NCBI RefSeq assembly: GCF_009914755.1
Contig: NC_060934.1
Length of the DNA stretch: 64,000 nt
Source: the human T2T-CHM13v2.0 reference genome, Homo sapiens
Strand: one strand, 5' to 3'
In this document: piece after piece, positions 9,645 through 25,089 of the stretch
Layout: every line of letters begins with the position of its first letter
Numbering within the stretch: position 1 is the first letter of the stretch
Program-made: the position numbers and the translations under genes
The notes under the pieces: generated by a model
Seen by the model: only the letters and a program-made list of their open reading frames with translations
Database searches by the model: none
Told to the model about the DNA's origin: nothing

Positions 9645-11785
9645 TTATGTATAATTGTTTATTTGTACGAATTTATGGGGTACATGTGAGATTTTGTTAC
9701 ATGTATATAATATACACTGATCAAGTCAGGGTTTTTAGGGTGTCTACCACTGAAGCACAGTATGTTTTTATTAACTGTAGTCACCCTTCTCTGTTATCAA
9801 ACATTAAATTTATTCCTTCTATCTAACCATATGTTTCTACCCTTTAGCTTACTCCTCTTCATCCTCTCCCTCCCCCACTCACATTTCTCAGTCTCTTTTA
9901 TCTATCTTTCCACTTTCTACCTCCATGTGATCAAATTTCTTAGCTCCCACATATAAATGAAAACATGCAATATTTATATATTTGGATCTGGCTTATCTCA
10001 CTTAAGAAAATTATCTCCAGTTCCACCTATTTTGCTGCAAAAGAAGTGATTTCCTTCTTTTGTATGGGCAAATCATATCCCGATATTCTGTTATGTATAT
10101 ATACCACATTTTCTTTATCCATTTATCTATTGGTGGACACTCAGCTTACTTCCATATTTTTACTATTGTGAATAGTGATACAATAAATACATGAGTGCAG
10201 GTATCCTTTGATATATTGATTTCTTTTCCTTTGTGTAGATAGTAGCACAATTGCTCAATCAAATAATAATTCCATTTTTGGTTTTTTGAAAAATCTTCAT
10301 ACTGTTTTCCATAGTGGTTGTGCTAGTTTACATTCCACCAACAGTATATAAGAGTTTCTATTTTTTTCACATCCTTATCCACGTGTGTTATTTTTTGTCT
10401 TTTTAATAATAGTGAATCTGACTGGAGTAAGATGATGTCTCCTTTGGTTTTAATTTGCATTTCTGTAATATTTAGTGGTGTTGAACATTTTTTCATATAC
10501 TTCTTGGCTATTTGTATGTCTATTTATGTCCTTCACCCATTTGTAATGAGATTACTTGTATTTTTTTCTTTTTCCTGTTGAATGAGTTCCTTGTGTATTC
10601 TGGATATTTGTTTCTTTTTGGATAATAGTTTGCAAATAGTTTCTTCCATTTAACAGGTTATCTCTCCACTCTGTTGATAATTTCTTATGCCATGCTTTTT
10701 AGTTAAATTAAATCCCATTTTTCTATTTCTGTTTTTGTTGTCTGTGCTTTTGAGGCCTTAGTTATAAGTTATTTGCCTAGACTAATGACCAGGAGCCTTA
10801 CTTATGTTTTATTCTAGTATCTTTATAGTTTTAATTTTATGTTTATGTCTTTAATCTATTTTGAGTTGATTTTTCTTTATGTTGAGAGATAGGGGTTTAG
10901 TTTCATTCTTCAGCATATGGTTAGCCAATTTACTAGCACCCTTTATTGAAGAAGGGTGTTCTCTTCCCAATGTAAGTTCTTGTTATCTTTGTCAAATATC
11001 AGTTGGTTATAAATAAATGGCTTTCTTGCTGGGTTCTCCATTCCATTGGTCTGTGTCTATTTTTATACCAATACCATGCTGCTTTGGTTACTATAGCATT
11101 GTAATATGTTTTGAAATCAGGTAGTATGATGCCTCCAACTTTGTTCTTTTTGCTCAGGATTGCTTTGGCCATTTGGAGTTTTTTTTATTGTTCCATATAA
11201 ATTTTAGTATTGTTATTCCTAATTCTGTGAAGAGTGACATTGGTATTTTGACAGAGAGTTCATTGCATCTTTAGATTGCTTTGGCAATATGATCATTTTA
11301 ATGATATTAATTCTTCCAATCCATAAGCCTGAGATGTGTTTCCATTTTTTTGTGTCATCTTCCATTTTTTTCATCAGTGTTTTTTAGTCTTCTTTGTAGA
11401 GATCTTTCACCTCCTTAGTTAAATTTATTCCTAGGTATTTTTGTAGCCATTGTAAATGGGATTGCCATCTTATTGTCTTTCTCAGGTTGATCATTCTAGG
11501 TATACATAAATGCTACTAATTTTTATATGTTGATTTTGTCTCCAGCAACTTTACTAAATTCATGTATCAAATATAGTAGTTTTTGTGAAGTCTTTAGGCT
11601 TTTCTAGATGTAAGGTCATATTATCAAAAAGAGGGACAATATGACTTCTTCTTTTTCAGTTTGGATGCCTTTTATTTCCTTTTCTTGCTGGATCACTCTG
11701 GTTAGGACTTTCAGTACCTTTTGAATAGGAGTGGTGAAAGCAGGGATCCCGTCTTATTCCAGTTCTTAGAGGAAAGGCTTTCAAT
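9645..11785 (-). mobile_element. L1MA-type LINE-1, 5'-truncated, inserted into an older L1M
   Basis: L1MA 3' UTR (tttatggggtacatgtgagattttgttacatg) running into reverse-complement ORF2 sequence. Confidence 0.85.
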
Positions 11786-11789
11786 ATCT

Positions 11790-12960
11790 ATTCTTAAAGC
11801 ATATAATTTTATCTGTTAAACATTTATAAAAATGGAATCTTCTGTATTTGGACTTACGTGATTTTCTCTATTGTTAAGCACTGATATTTTTCTAGTTCTA
11901 TGCATTTCATACCTTGCTTATAGACCATTCATTTTCATTGCAATATAGTGTTTTATTGTATAAAGATGGTATACAATATTGTACTTATTATCTTGCCAAT
12001 GTATATTTGGGGTATTTTTAGGTAATGCCCATTATGGAGCTGCTATAAATATCACTTATGTTTCTTGGTATATATGTGTAAGCATATCTCCAGGATGCAT
12101 AACTATGGTATAATTTCTTGATTTTAGGGAGTACAAATCTTTAATTTCAGCAAGTAAATAAAAATAGATTTCATGAACTAATGTACCAACTATCAGTTAA
12201 TGAGAATTTTCAGTTATACATCCTCTACATCACTTGATATTATCAGTTTATTTTTAAGTTAACCAAATGGCATGATAATACTTCAATGTAGTTTTAATTT
12301 GCATGTCCCTAATTACTAATGAGCCTTGAGTGTCTTTTCATGTTTAATGTGCTATATGGTGAAATAGCTGCCCATGTCTTTAGCCCTGTTCTTTATATTA
12401 TTTTTCTTTTATAACTAAATTTTAGAAGCTTCTTTTTAAGTTGTGAATATCAGTCCTTGAATTAATATGTGTTACAAACAAATTATTTCAGCTCCTAGCT
12501 TACCTTTTCATTTGATAGTGCTTTTTGATTAAGAGAAATCTCTAATTTTAATGTAGTTGAGTCTACTAATCTTTTTCTTATGTTGTGAATAAATATGTCC
12601 TGTTTAGTAAATTTTTCATTCCCCAAATATAGAGACTTATATTTTTATACTTTTGCCTTTCAATTTTAAATTTAAAATCCATGTGAAGTTGCTATTTTAT
12701 GATTGGAGTTAAGTACATTTATATACACTAAACTTCTATGTGTATATATATATATACACACACACTCATACGGAGAGGGAAAACTAGTTATTTCAGTACA
12801 AATTATTGAACGGCTCATTTTTTCCTCATTATTTTGTAATGCTTATACACAAATAAATATGATTTCATTATTGCAAATGTGAATACATTTTGTATACGTA
12901 TAATCTCTATAGTGTTTCATCTGCCTATTTGTGTATTTCTGCATGACTTGAAAAGTAGTT
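11790..12960 (-). mobile_element. Old L1ME-like fragment (probably continues from 9490-9600)
   Basis: T-rich strand with diverged L1M 3' motifs (gttttaatttgcatgtccctaattactaatgag). Confidence 0.6.
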
Positions 12961-14865
12961 TAGTAATTTTCCCAAATTTTTGTTCAGAAGTTACTGTTTT
13001 TGGACTGTATATTCTCTAAATAAGTTATACTGTTTGTCAAAACAGAGTCTTTTGCCTTTATGCCTCAACATATAACTTTGTACATTTATGTTCATAAGTG
13101 AGTCATTTTAATTCCCAGTCTATCAGCTTTCTTTTCAATAAAATTGCATATATGCTTCACTTATTTCGAGGACTTTTGTGAGAATCACCTATGGATGCAA
13201 GTGCCACTATTTTAATATCAATAGAAAGCCTTCTGGAACTCATTTTTTTTGAACAAATTTATTATAATTTGATATTTAACATAATATTTAATATGAAATA
13301 CCTTTTAGTTCAAACTAACCCTCAAACTTAAAAAAATAGAAAGGCTGAAAAAGTCTGTAAGTTGTCAATTCATGGGGTCAATAGAGAATAACTTAGTTTG
13401 TCTAAGAATGAGAATTTTAATTAGCACAGAAGTTTGACAATGACACAAAATTTAAACTCAGAATTATTTGCATGAATTAACTGCCTAACTTTTGTTAATG
13501 TGTTTAATCTTCTTAACTGTCAGTTTTCTTATATATAAAATGACAATTGTAATAATACGAAGCTAATATTATCCTTGTGAAAGACACATAAAATGTGAAA
13601 AAAATGCTTTGTATGCTTTACTGTGCTATTTAAATCATATTTGTGGTTTTTAAATTGTAGATGTTAACTTGCCACACTGTATGCATAAAAGCAAATTTTA
13701 AGTGTCTTAGGGCATCTGATTTAGAAAGAAATCGGTGAATCTGTTTATAAAGCAAATCCTATTTTAATACAAATAAATCCACACAATTTGAAAATATAAA
13801 CTGATATTCTTGAACATCATGATTCATTTATTTACTCATTCTAAAATAGTTTTGATTTAGACGTGTAGGAAAATTTTCAGTTTTTATATACAATAGGGGA
13901 AAAATACTCAATTAAAACATGAAGAGACTCTCCTGAGACCATGAGACTAAGAAATAATTGGTACTCATCTACAAAATCACTCATGTGTTATGAGTATTAG
14001 GATTTGTACTACAATTGATTTGGAAATTTTGCCCTTTAATTGGAGAAGGTTAACTAATTACTATGAGAAGTTCTTTCATTTAAGAGGAAAGAAAGAACAT
14101 TGCTTAAAAGGCAAATGTACACCTCAATAAATATTTTTTATTTAACCTAAGAATATATAAGCTTTCAAAATAACTTCAACTTGTTAATGGTTTTTATAAT
14201 AATAACAAACTATAGGAACTGGTTAGGAAACAACATTTCTTGTGACAAAGAATATCTGGAAATTTGTAAACTTTTTCCCATATTGTTACATTTTGAAATT
14301 ATTTTTAATTTTTAATTTAAAATATATATTAAAAGAGAGTATAGACTTACTTGTTTGACATTAATGTTATCTAACTGTAAGAAATAAATTCACACATGCC
14401 TAACAACAATAATAAAAATAGTAAATGTTTCTACTGAATTCATGAAATTCTGCTAGAGAAAAGATAAGATAGATAACAGCATATTAAACCTGTATATTTT
14501 TCTAAGTCTTTTTGAAAAACTCAGTGTGCTAGTGTAACTATATTACATTATGACTATATTATTTTTAATTATTTTGGCTGCTAAATGGCTAATGACTTAA
14601 ATCATGTAAGGTGCTGTGCTTGGGGTTGAGTAACACTCAATAAATACTTGCTTCTATCATTATACTTTAGATGACAATTCAAATTCTAAGTAAAGTAAAT
14701 TATTTTGCAGTGTATCCAAAACAAGGCCAAAAATACAGTCCATGAAAAATAACCCTATTATTTTCTAACTTAAGTGACTTTCCATCTTCATCTCTCTTAT
14801 CTCCAAAGGGAGAATGTTTAAGAGTATGATGGCTCAGGAGAAGCCATCACATTTGATGGCTAAAT

Positions 14866-15250
14866 TTTTATTTTATTTTATTTTTATAGATGTAGAGAGA
14901 ACAAGTGCCATTTTTTACATGAATGTATTGTGCAGTGGTGAAGTCTAGGCTTTCAGTGTAACCATTACTGGAACAGTGTCTATTGGATCCATTAAGTAAT
15001 TTCTTATCCCTCACCTCACTCTCATCCTCCCACTCTTCTAAGTCTCCAATGTGTATTATACCACTTTCTATGCCCATGTGTACACATTATTTAGCTCCCA
15101 CTTATAAATGGGAACATGAGGTATTTAACTTTTTGTTTCAGAGTTATTTTAATTAAGATAATGGTCTTCAGTTTCACCATGTTGCTGCAAAAGACATGAT
15201 TTCATTCTTTATTTGGCTGAGTAGTATTCTATTTTATATATAATACAATC
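14866..15250 (-). mobile_element. L1MA/PB 3' end, interrupted by a younger L1; resumes ~18520-18580
   Basis: gcagtggtgaagtctaggctttcagtgta...tttagctcccacttataa 3' UTR motifs. Confidence 0.8.
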
Positions 15251-18200
15251 CTTTCCTTTTTTCAACTTTTATTTTAGATTTGGGCACATATGTGCAGATT
15301 TGTTATAAAGGTATACAGCATGATGCTGAGGTTTGGAGTATGATTGAACTTGTCACCAAGATAGTTAGCATAGTACCCAATAGATAATTTTTCAACCCTT
15401 GGAGCACTCCATCCCTTACTCCTCTTAGATTCCCCAGTGTTCATTGTTCCCATCTTTATGTCCATGTATACCCCATGTTTAGCTCCCACTTATAAGTGAG
15501 AATATGTAGTAGTTGGTTTTCTGTATCTGTTTCACTTTGCTTAGCATAATGGCTTCCAACTGCCCCCATGTTGTTGCAAAGAAAATAATTTGTTTTTTCT
15601 TTTTATGGTGGTGTAGTATTCCATGGTGTGTATATCCCACATTTTCTTTATCCAGTCTGCCATTGATGGGTGCCTGGGTGGATTCCATGTCTTTGCCATC
15701 ATGAATGGTGCTGTGATGAATATACAGGTGCATGTGTCTTTTTGGTAGAAAGATTTATCATCCTTGGGGTGTATAGCCAGTAATGGGATTGCTGAGTTGA
15801 ATGGTAGTTCTGTATTAAGTTCTTTGAGAAATTTCCAATTGCTCTCCATATTGGCTCAACTAGTTTACATTCTCATCAGCAGTGTATAAGCATTTTCTTG
15901 TCTCCACCAATGTCTGTTATGTTTGGACATTTTAATAAAAGCCATGGTAACTGATTTGATGGTATCTCATTGTGGTTTTGATTTGCATTTCTCTGATATT
16001 TTGTGATGATAAGAATTTCTTAAGGTTTATTGGCCAATTGTATGTCATCTTTGAGAACCATCTGTTCATGTTCCTTGCCCACTTTTTAATGAGATTATTT
16101 GGTTTTTGCTTGATTTAAGTGTATTATAGATTACAGATATTAGGCTTTTGTTGGATGCACAGTTTGTGACTATTTTCTCCCATTCTCTAGGTTTTCTGTT
16201 TACTCTGTTGATACGATGAAGCTCTTTAGTTTAATTAGGTCTCAGTTGTCAATTTTTGTGTTTCTTGCAATTGCTTTTGAGGAATTAGCCTTAAATTCCT
16301 TGCCAAGGCCTAGAATTCTAGATTTTCTTCTAGTATTTTTATAGTTTCAGATCTTACATTTAAATCTTTAATCCATCTTGAGTTAATTTTTGTATACAGC
16401 AGGAGTCCAGTTTTACTATTCTGGATATGAATAGCCCGTTATCTTAGCATCATTTATTGAATAGGGAGTCCTTTCCCCATTGCTTATTTTTGTCAACTTT
16501 GTTGAAGATCATATGGTTGTAGAAGAACAGCTTTATTTCTTTGTTCTCTATTCTGTTCTATCAGTTTTTGTGTCTGTTCTTGTAACAGTATCATGCTGTT
16601 TTGGTTACTGTAGCCTTATAGCATAGTTTGAAGTCCGGATTCTTTTTTTTTTTTTTTTTTGCTTAGGATTGTTTTGGCTATTCAGGGTTTCTGTTGTTGT
16701 TGTTGTTGTTCCATATGAATAGTTTTTCTCTAGTTCTGTGTAAAATGACATTAGTAGTTTGATAGGAATAACAAAATTTGTAAATTGCTTTGGGTGGTAT
16801 TGTCATTTTAATGATTTTGATCTTCCAATCCATGAACATAAAATGTTTTTCCGTTTGTTTGTATCTTCTATGATTACTTTCATCAATGATTTGATGTTCT
16901 CTTTGTAGAGCTCTTTCTCCTTTTAGGTTAGATGTATTCCCAGATATTTTATTTTATTTTTATTTTTTGGTGTGTGTGGCTATTGTAAATGGAATTGAGT
17001 TCATTTGGCTTTCACTTTGAATATTATTGGTGTATTAAAATGCTACTGTTTTTTAAACATTGGTTTTGTATACTGAAACTTTGCTGAAGTTGTTCATCAG
17101 GTCTAAGAGCCTTTTGCTGGAGTCTTTAGGCTAGGTAGGGAATCATATATCATCAGTGGAGAAAGTTTTACTTCTTTCCCTATTTGGATGCTTTTTATAT
17201 TTTTTTCTTTTCCCTAATGGCTCTGGCTAGCGCTTCTAACACTATGTTGAAAAGAATTGGTAAGAGTGGGCATCCATGTCTTGTTCCGGTTCTCAGAGGA
17301 AATGCTGCCACCTTTTGCTCATTTATGCTGATGTTGGCTGTGGGTTTGTCATAGATGGCTCTTATTATTTTGAGGTATGCTCCTTTGATGTCTAGTGTCT
17401 TGACAGTTTTTATCATAAATGAATGTCAGATTCTGTCAAAATCTATTTCCACATGTATTGAAATGATTATATGTTTTGTGTTTTTAATTCTGTTTGTGTG
17501 GTGATTCACATGTTTTAATTTGCATATGTTTAGCAACTTTGCATTCAGGGGGAGTAAAGCCTACTTGATCATGATGAGTTAACTTTTTGATGAACTGATG
17601 AATTCAGTTTGCTAGTGTTTTGTTGAGAATTTTTATGTTTCTATTCCTTAGAGATATTGGCCTGACGTTATCTTTTTTTGGTGCCTCTGCCAGGTTTTGG
17701 CATCAGGATGATGCTGGCTTCATAGAATGAGTTAGGGAGAAGTCCCTTCTCCTTAATTTTTTGGAATAGTTTCATTAGAGTTAGTATCAGCTTTTCTTTG
17801 TACATGTGGTAGATTCTGCCTAGGAATCCATCTGATCCAGGGTTTTTTTTTTTTGGTAGTATTTTTAAATTACTGATTCAATATTAGAGCTTATTATTCA
17901 TCTGTTCAGGGTCTCATATTCTTCTAGTTCAATCTTTGAACATTGTGTGTTTCCAGGAATTTATCCATCTCCTCTAGATTTTATAGTTTGTATTTACAAA
18001 GTGTCCCTAACAGTTTCTGAACATTTTTGTATTTCTGTAGGATCAGTTCTGGTGTCATCTTTTCTGATTGTGTTTATTTGGATCTTCTCTCTTTTCTAAT
18101 TTGTTAATCCAGCTAGGAGTCTATCAATCTTTTTAATCCTTTCAAAGTACCAACTCTTGATTTTATCTTTTATCTGGATGATTGCATGTCAATTTTGTTC

Positions 18201-18495
18201 ATTTCTGCTCTGATTTTAGCTATTTCTCTTCTGCTAGTTTTGGGGTTAGCTCATTCTTATTTTTCTAGTTCTCCTAAGTGCAATGGTAGGTTGTTAATTT
18301 GAAACATTTTATAACTTCTTGATGTAGGTATTTAGTTCTAGACACTTTCTTCTTAACACTTTAATGGTGCATCCCACATATTCTGGTGTATTATGTCTCT
18401 CTTTTCATTAATTTCAAAGAATTTTTAAAATTTCTGCCTTAATGTTGTTATTTACCCAACAGTCATTCAGGAGCAAGTTATTTAATTTCCATGTA
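15251..18495 (-). mobile_element. L1PA15/16-like or L1PB-like LINE-1, 5'-truncated
   Basis: 3' UTR ttttcaactttta...gcatgatgctgaggtttgg; ORF-track fragments 15541-15849 and 17195-17416 are L1 ORF2p C-terminal and RT peptides. Confidence 0.9.
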
Positions 18496-18829
18496 GAAAT
18501 TTTCCATATAGAAAAATTTCCATATTTTGTTTATCCATTCCTGCATTGATAGACATTTAGGTTAATTGCATATATTAGGAGCAACTAAATTTGAATGCAT
18601 GGCTCTTTGAGTTCTTCCCTTGGAATAACTAGAACAAAAATTAGAGGTATCAGAGATGGAAAACAGTAGTAGGCCATTAAGAAATGTTGCTGCGGCAAAA
18701 AAAAAAATTAACCTTTATAAATCAGAAAATTTATACTTCTTTCAATCATATTATTTTCTGCCTTTCACCCTGCTGTTTACTTCAGAGCATGCACAGGTCC
18801 CACGTTGCCCACTGGCTATTTGCATCAAC

Positions 18830-21800
18830 TTTGTTGAATTATAAGTCACACATAAAACAAAATGCAACCATTCCATGAGTTCTTTGAGTTTTGTCAAATT
18901 GATCCACTGGTGTACTCATCATCATAGCCAAGGAAAATAATATTGGCACAATTCTTTTCCCAGTCAATTTCTTGCTTCAGTCCCATGTTCTGCTTTATGT
19001 ATCTACAGATTTGATTGACTTTTCTAGAATTTCTTGTAAATGGAGTCATACAATGTGCTCTTTTGAGAATGACACTTTGTGTTCTGCTTTTTAAAATGAT
19101 TCATCCATGTTGCTACACATATTAGTTTCTTATTTTTACTTCTGATTCTATTGTTCGAGATCATATTACATATAATACATGCCATCCCCGACATCACACT
19201 TAGTTTATCTGTTGATCTGGTGATGGATATACAAGTTACTTCTAGGTTTTGGCTTTTACCAACAAAGCTGTTATCAACTTTGTGTGTATATCTTTGAGAA
19301 GACATGCCTGTTGGCTTCTGTTTAGTAAATACCTAAGAGTAGAATGGGTAGACTACAGGGTGAGTCAGTAAAAATAATAAACTTTTCAATATTTTCAATA
19401 AACTGATAAACTGATTGCCAAATTTACAATAACATTTCATGTTCTCAATAGCAATGTATAAGAGTTATAGATGAGTCATATCCTCACAAACACTTGGTAT
19501 TGTCATTCTTTAAATTCACTCATTCTAATGGTGCATTGTGGTATCTCAATGCAGCCTTAGATTTCTCTAATTATGTTCATCTTCTTTTTATATGCTTTTT
19601 GGTCATTTATCTTCTTTTGGTAAATACTTGTTTAAATATTTTCCCCATTTTGTTGGGTTGTCTCCTTGATTTATAAGAATTTTTTTGCAAACTGGATGTA
19701 TGTTCTATGACAGATATAATACATTTTGTCTCAGTCTGTGGATTAGTTTTTCATTTTCTTAACCATAACTTTCATCAGATTTTAAATACTGATTAGTTCC
19801 AATCTGTTAATTTTTAATCTATGATTTGTAATTTTAGTAGCCTAAGAAATCTTTGCCTACCTTAGTATTATAAACATTAATCCTATCTTATCCTCTAGAA
19901 ATTTTAATATTTTTGCTTTTAAATTAGGCCTATGATCCTGTTGACTTAATTTCATGTACGACATGAGATATTGGTAAAGTCTAATATTTTTTCTTGTGGT
20001 TATTAGGTTTTTCTAGATGATTCTCTTTCACTAAGTAACTTTTTCACAAGGTTGCACATCACTTTGACCTTGTATGTTGTCTGTTTCTGAATTCTCTATT
20101 ATTTTCCATTGATCTATGTGTTTATACTTATGCAAATATATACTTGTCAATACAAATATCTAAGATACATTTTGAAATTAATGTTATTTTTCTAACTTTT
20201 GTCTTTGTTTTCACAATTATTTTAGCTATTTTAACTCATTTGCATGTCAATATAAATTTTGTAATCACTTGACATGTACAAAATGCCTGCTGGGATGTTG
20301 ATTGGGACTCCAGTAAATTTATAGATGTAATTTTCAGGATTTTGACAGTTGACATCTTCACAATGTCTTCTCATGCATAAATACCTAATTCTGCTCCATT
20401 TATTTTGGTTTCTTTAATTCTTCTCAGCAATGTTTTATAGTTTTCAGTACACAAGTTCTGAGTGTACTTTGTTTAATTTATCACAATTCTGGATATCTTA
20501 AATGATATATTTTTATTTCAACTGCAAATTATTTATTGTTATTATATAGCAATATTGCTACATACTTTATACTGCTAGTATATAACTAGTTTTCATAGCT
20601 TTATTTTCATAGATTAAGGAGGATTTTCTACATATGTAATCATGCTTTGTGTGAATAAAGTGATCTTCACTTTTTTTTTCCCAAAGTGTATATTTTTTAC
20701 CTTTGAATTATATTATGACATCAAGTAGGATTTTTATTGCAAGGTAGAATGGAAGCGATTATCCCAAATCTTAGAAAGAAAGCATTGAGTATTTTATTAT
20801 TAATTATGATGTTTCCAGTTGGTGTATCATAACTATGCTCTCATTAGGTTATGGAATTTCCTTTCTCTTAATAGCTTTCTGAAGATTTTTTATTATGAAA
20901 TTTATGCCGGCTTTATGAAAAACCTTTTCACCATCATTCGAAGTAATCACACTTTCCTTTTATTCTGTTAATACAGTAAATTAAATTGATTGGTCCTGAA
21001 AATGTTAAACCAAACTTGTGTTCTTGTCATAAATTCTACTTATTGATAATGTATTATTCTTTTGTGTGTTTTTTTATGTTGATTGAATAATATATTTTTA
21101 AGAATTTGATTGATGTTTATATTTAATATCCAATTATAATTTTCTCTTTTGTAATATATTTATTTAGTTTTTAGAATGCGTGTAATCCTGGCCTTAAAAA
21201 ATAAGTTAGGAAGTTTATCTCCCTCCAATGTTAGCTGAAATAGTCTATGTATAGATAATGTTATACATAGTATTCCATTCAAATTTGAAAGAATTCAATG
21301 GTAAGCCGTCAAGACATAGAATATCATTTAGAGTAAAAGTTGTGTATATGGGTATAATTAATTTAATTGCTTTATGTCCATTTCTGTGTTTTATTATTTT
21401 GTGATTCTATTTTGTTAATTTTTGTTCTATAAATAATTTATAATATAACTACTTAACTAATACCAATCTACTTTTAAACAATATTTTATTATTAATAAAA
21501 TGTAAGATTCTTATACCACTAAACTTCTACCTAACTCTCCATTTCTTTATGCTATTGTTGTCTTCATTTTAACTCTACGGTTGTTATACATCTCACAATA
21601 CATTATAATAAAATTAAATAATTGCCTTTAAATAATATTGATAAAAAAAGTTATATACCTTTACCTGCATATTGACTAATTTACTATTCTGGAGTTCTTT
21701 ATTCCTTTTTGTGGATCCAAGGGGATTTTTAATGTCTAAAGTACTTTATCTTTTTTTTTTAATTTTAGTGGATTTCTACTGACAATAGATCTGCTCAGCT

Positions 21801-22560
21801 TTTGTTGTCTGGCAATAATAGGCTTGATTTTGTCTTAATTTTGGTAGACATTTCGTTAAGCCTAAAATTTTATATTGCTTTTCTTCCCCCCTCAGCATTT
21901 TTAGATATTGCTTTATTGTCATCTAGATGAAATAGATTTTAATAAATATTCTGTCATTATTATCTTTGCTTTTCTGGAAATAACATGCTTTTTAGAGTTG
22001 GTACTAGTAATATCTTTTAAATAATTAGTTTTGAGCAATTTTATTTTGATGCGCCAATTCGTAGTATTATTTGGCTCTATCATGTTTGAGATTTGCTTTT
22101 CTAGCATTTTGGATTGTGTGTTTACAGTTTTTATCAATATTTAGAAATGTTTTGTCCTCAAGTACATTTTAATGACATGTTATTCTTTGGACTCCAGTTG
22201 CATATATGCTACATTGCTTGTATAGTACCATAAATCTTTGTGTCTATATTCTTTTTACTTCAATCTTTTATCTTATGGTTCTTTTTTAAAATTATATTGT
22301 TATTTACTGAATTTCACTGATGTTTTTTCAAAAGTCTCCACTGCACTTTTAATTTAAGTCAGTGAATTGTCAAAACGAAATGTTACCTTTTTTATCTTCA
22401 AGAGTGTAGTTGCATTTTTAATATATCTTTCATTCCTGTCCTCATTATGTTCACATTTATCTTTAAGTAGTTGAGCATTTAACATATTTAAAAGAGCAAG
22501 AGCTTTTGTAATATATTTGTCTGTTAATTTTATCATCTCTTTCATTTATGTGCCATGTGC
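18830..22560 (-). mobile_element. Old L1MC/ME-type LINE-1 fragments
   Basis: Continuous T-rich diverged L1 3' UTR/ORF2/ORF1-like sequence (ttctagaatttcttgtaaatggagtcataca; aaatgcctgctgggatgttgattggga). Confidence 0.7.
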
Positions 22561-22565
22561 CTGCT

Positions 22566-22762
22566 TTATTTTATTTTATTTTATTTTATTTTATTTTATT
22601 TTATTTTATTTTATTTATTTTTTTGACAAGGTTTCACTCCTGTCACCCAGGCTAGAGCGGTGCAATGGCATGATCTTGGCTCACTGTAACCTCTGCCTTC
22701 CTGGCTGAAGCAATTCTCCTGTCTTAGTCTCCAGAGTGACTGAGACTACAGGCACATGCCCC
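22566..22762 (-). mobile_element. Alu monomer (right arm, AluJ/FRAM-like) with (TTTTA)n tail
   Basis: (tttta)n 22566-22624, then gacaaggtttcactcctgtcacccaggct...actacaggcacatgcc. Confidence 0.85.
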
Positions 22763-22846
22763 CTCAATTGTCGACTTTTCTGCCCTCTTGTATTGACTGA
22801 CATTTTTCCTTGGTTATATTTTTCTGCTTAGTCATATATGTATTAA

Positions 22847-23235
<389 letters not shown>

Positions 23236-23339
23236 TGAAGTCAGTTAAATGACTTTTGAATTGGCTTTATTATTTGACAATTTATTTTACTGTGTTTTTC
23301 TTTGGGGTAGGCAGAAGGAAAAGGACTAGAGGAGTTTTT

Positions 23340-23846
23340 TTTTTTAATTTTATTATTATTATACTTTAAGTTTTAGGGTACATGTGCACAACGTGCAAGT
23401 TTGTTACATATGTATACATGTGCCATGTTGGTGTGCTGCACCCATTAACTCGTCATTTAGCATTAGGTATATCTCCTAATGCTATTGCTCCCCCCTCCCC
23501 CCACCCCACAACAGTCCCGGTGTGTGATGTTCCCCTTCCTGCGTCCATGTGTTCTCATTGTTCAATTCCCATCTATGAGTGAGAACATGTGGTGTTTGGT
23601 ATTTTGTCTTTGCAATAGTTTGCTGAGAATGATGGTTTCCAGTTTCATCCATGTCCCTACAAAAGACATGAACTCATCATTTTTTACGGCTGCTTAGTAT
23701 TCCATGGTGTATATGTGCCACATTTTCTTAATCCAGTCTATCGTTGTTTGACATTTAGGTTGGTTCCAAGTCTTTGCTGTTGTGAATAGTGCCGCTATAA
23801 ACATGCGTGTGCATGTGTCTTTATAGCAGCATGATTTACAATCCTT
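23340..23846 (-). mobile_element. Young L1PA (PA3/4-like) 3' end, 5'-truncated, 17-bp TSD
   Basis: attatactttaagttttagggtacatgtgcacaacgtg...; TSD ggactagaggagttttt at 23323-23339 and 23847-23863. Confidence 0.95.
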
Positions 23847-25089
23847 GGACTAGAGGAGTTTTTATCCTAGAACACCATGCCCATTACTATGGTATTATAT
23901 TTCTGGGACTGCTACCAAAAAACCCTTTAATTTATCATGGTTTCTCAATTATGGAGGATGAGAATTTAAATTAACGCTTGCCATTTATTTGCTTTGAAAA
24001 TTTTTTAAGTTGATAGCTACAAAATAGTTTTTTTTTTTTTCCTTCAAGATGATCTTTGATAGGACTTAACAGATTTTTACCCTAGTTATGCACTCACTAG
24101 GCTCATGGTTTAAGATTATCCCTATGCCAGTTTCTGGAAGTTTTTCTTCTGTATATCTCCACATCTCTGTTACTCTGCTGTTCATATTCTAGCTATCTTA
24201 GCCTTCCCAAACTCAAGCTTTATTTGTGTTTCTCATTCCTGGGCTGCACTCTGGAAATTGTCTCACTTAGAAGCTAGGATGATGGTGTCAATTTGTATGT
24301 TTTCATATCCTTAGATTCACAGTTATGCATTCTCTGTTGTGCAAAATGTGAAAACAATGTTTATGTAATTTTTCCTAGATTGCTTGCTACTATTATCTCA
24401 TGGTTAGAATGGAAGTATGCCCCTTGTATTTTAGAAAGATGCACAAAAATCTATCAGAAGTAGACTCAGACACTAGGAAAAGGAATCCAAGCTTTAGACA
24501 ACAGAGCTTTTAAGATACATGATTAGGAAAGTATCAGGCCTCCTTTTCCTTTATCAGAGTCCAGGATGTTAATACCAATATAATATGGTGAATCCTTGGC
24601 TTCACTCTCATCCTGCCAGCTGAGTTGTAAGGAACAACTGTCCCTTCCCTTCTGTAGTCAGAGTCATGGGGGAAAGACTTGCAATTTGATTATATAATGT
24701 TTCATGTTGGTGGCAGAATTGACTGGATCAGAGTTTATTCTTGGTGAAGCAAGATCTCTTTTCTGGTATCAAAAGAGGCTGAAGTTTAAGGAGTCTAATT
24801 GACTAAGAAGTTACTGCTTTAGACACTGAGTCTTAGTCATTTTCCATGGAGCTTTGCAAAAGGCTAATCTGTCATCTAAAAAACAAGCCTGCAGAGAATT
24901 AGCCTTGGACAAATGACCTTGCAATACATGACTTTTATAATGTACTTAAAACGAGAGTGAGAGAATATTCAGAACCCTAACATAGGAGGTATCTATACAG
25001 GAATATAAAAATATCCTAGTAAGAATTATACCATTGCATCATTTATTTATTACATGGTTCCATGGCTAAAGTTTATTTTGATTGCTTCC

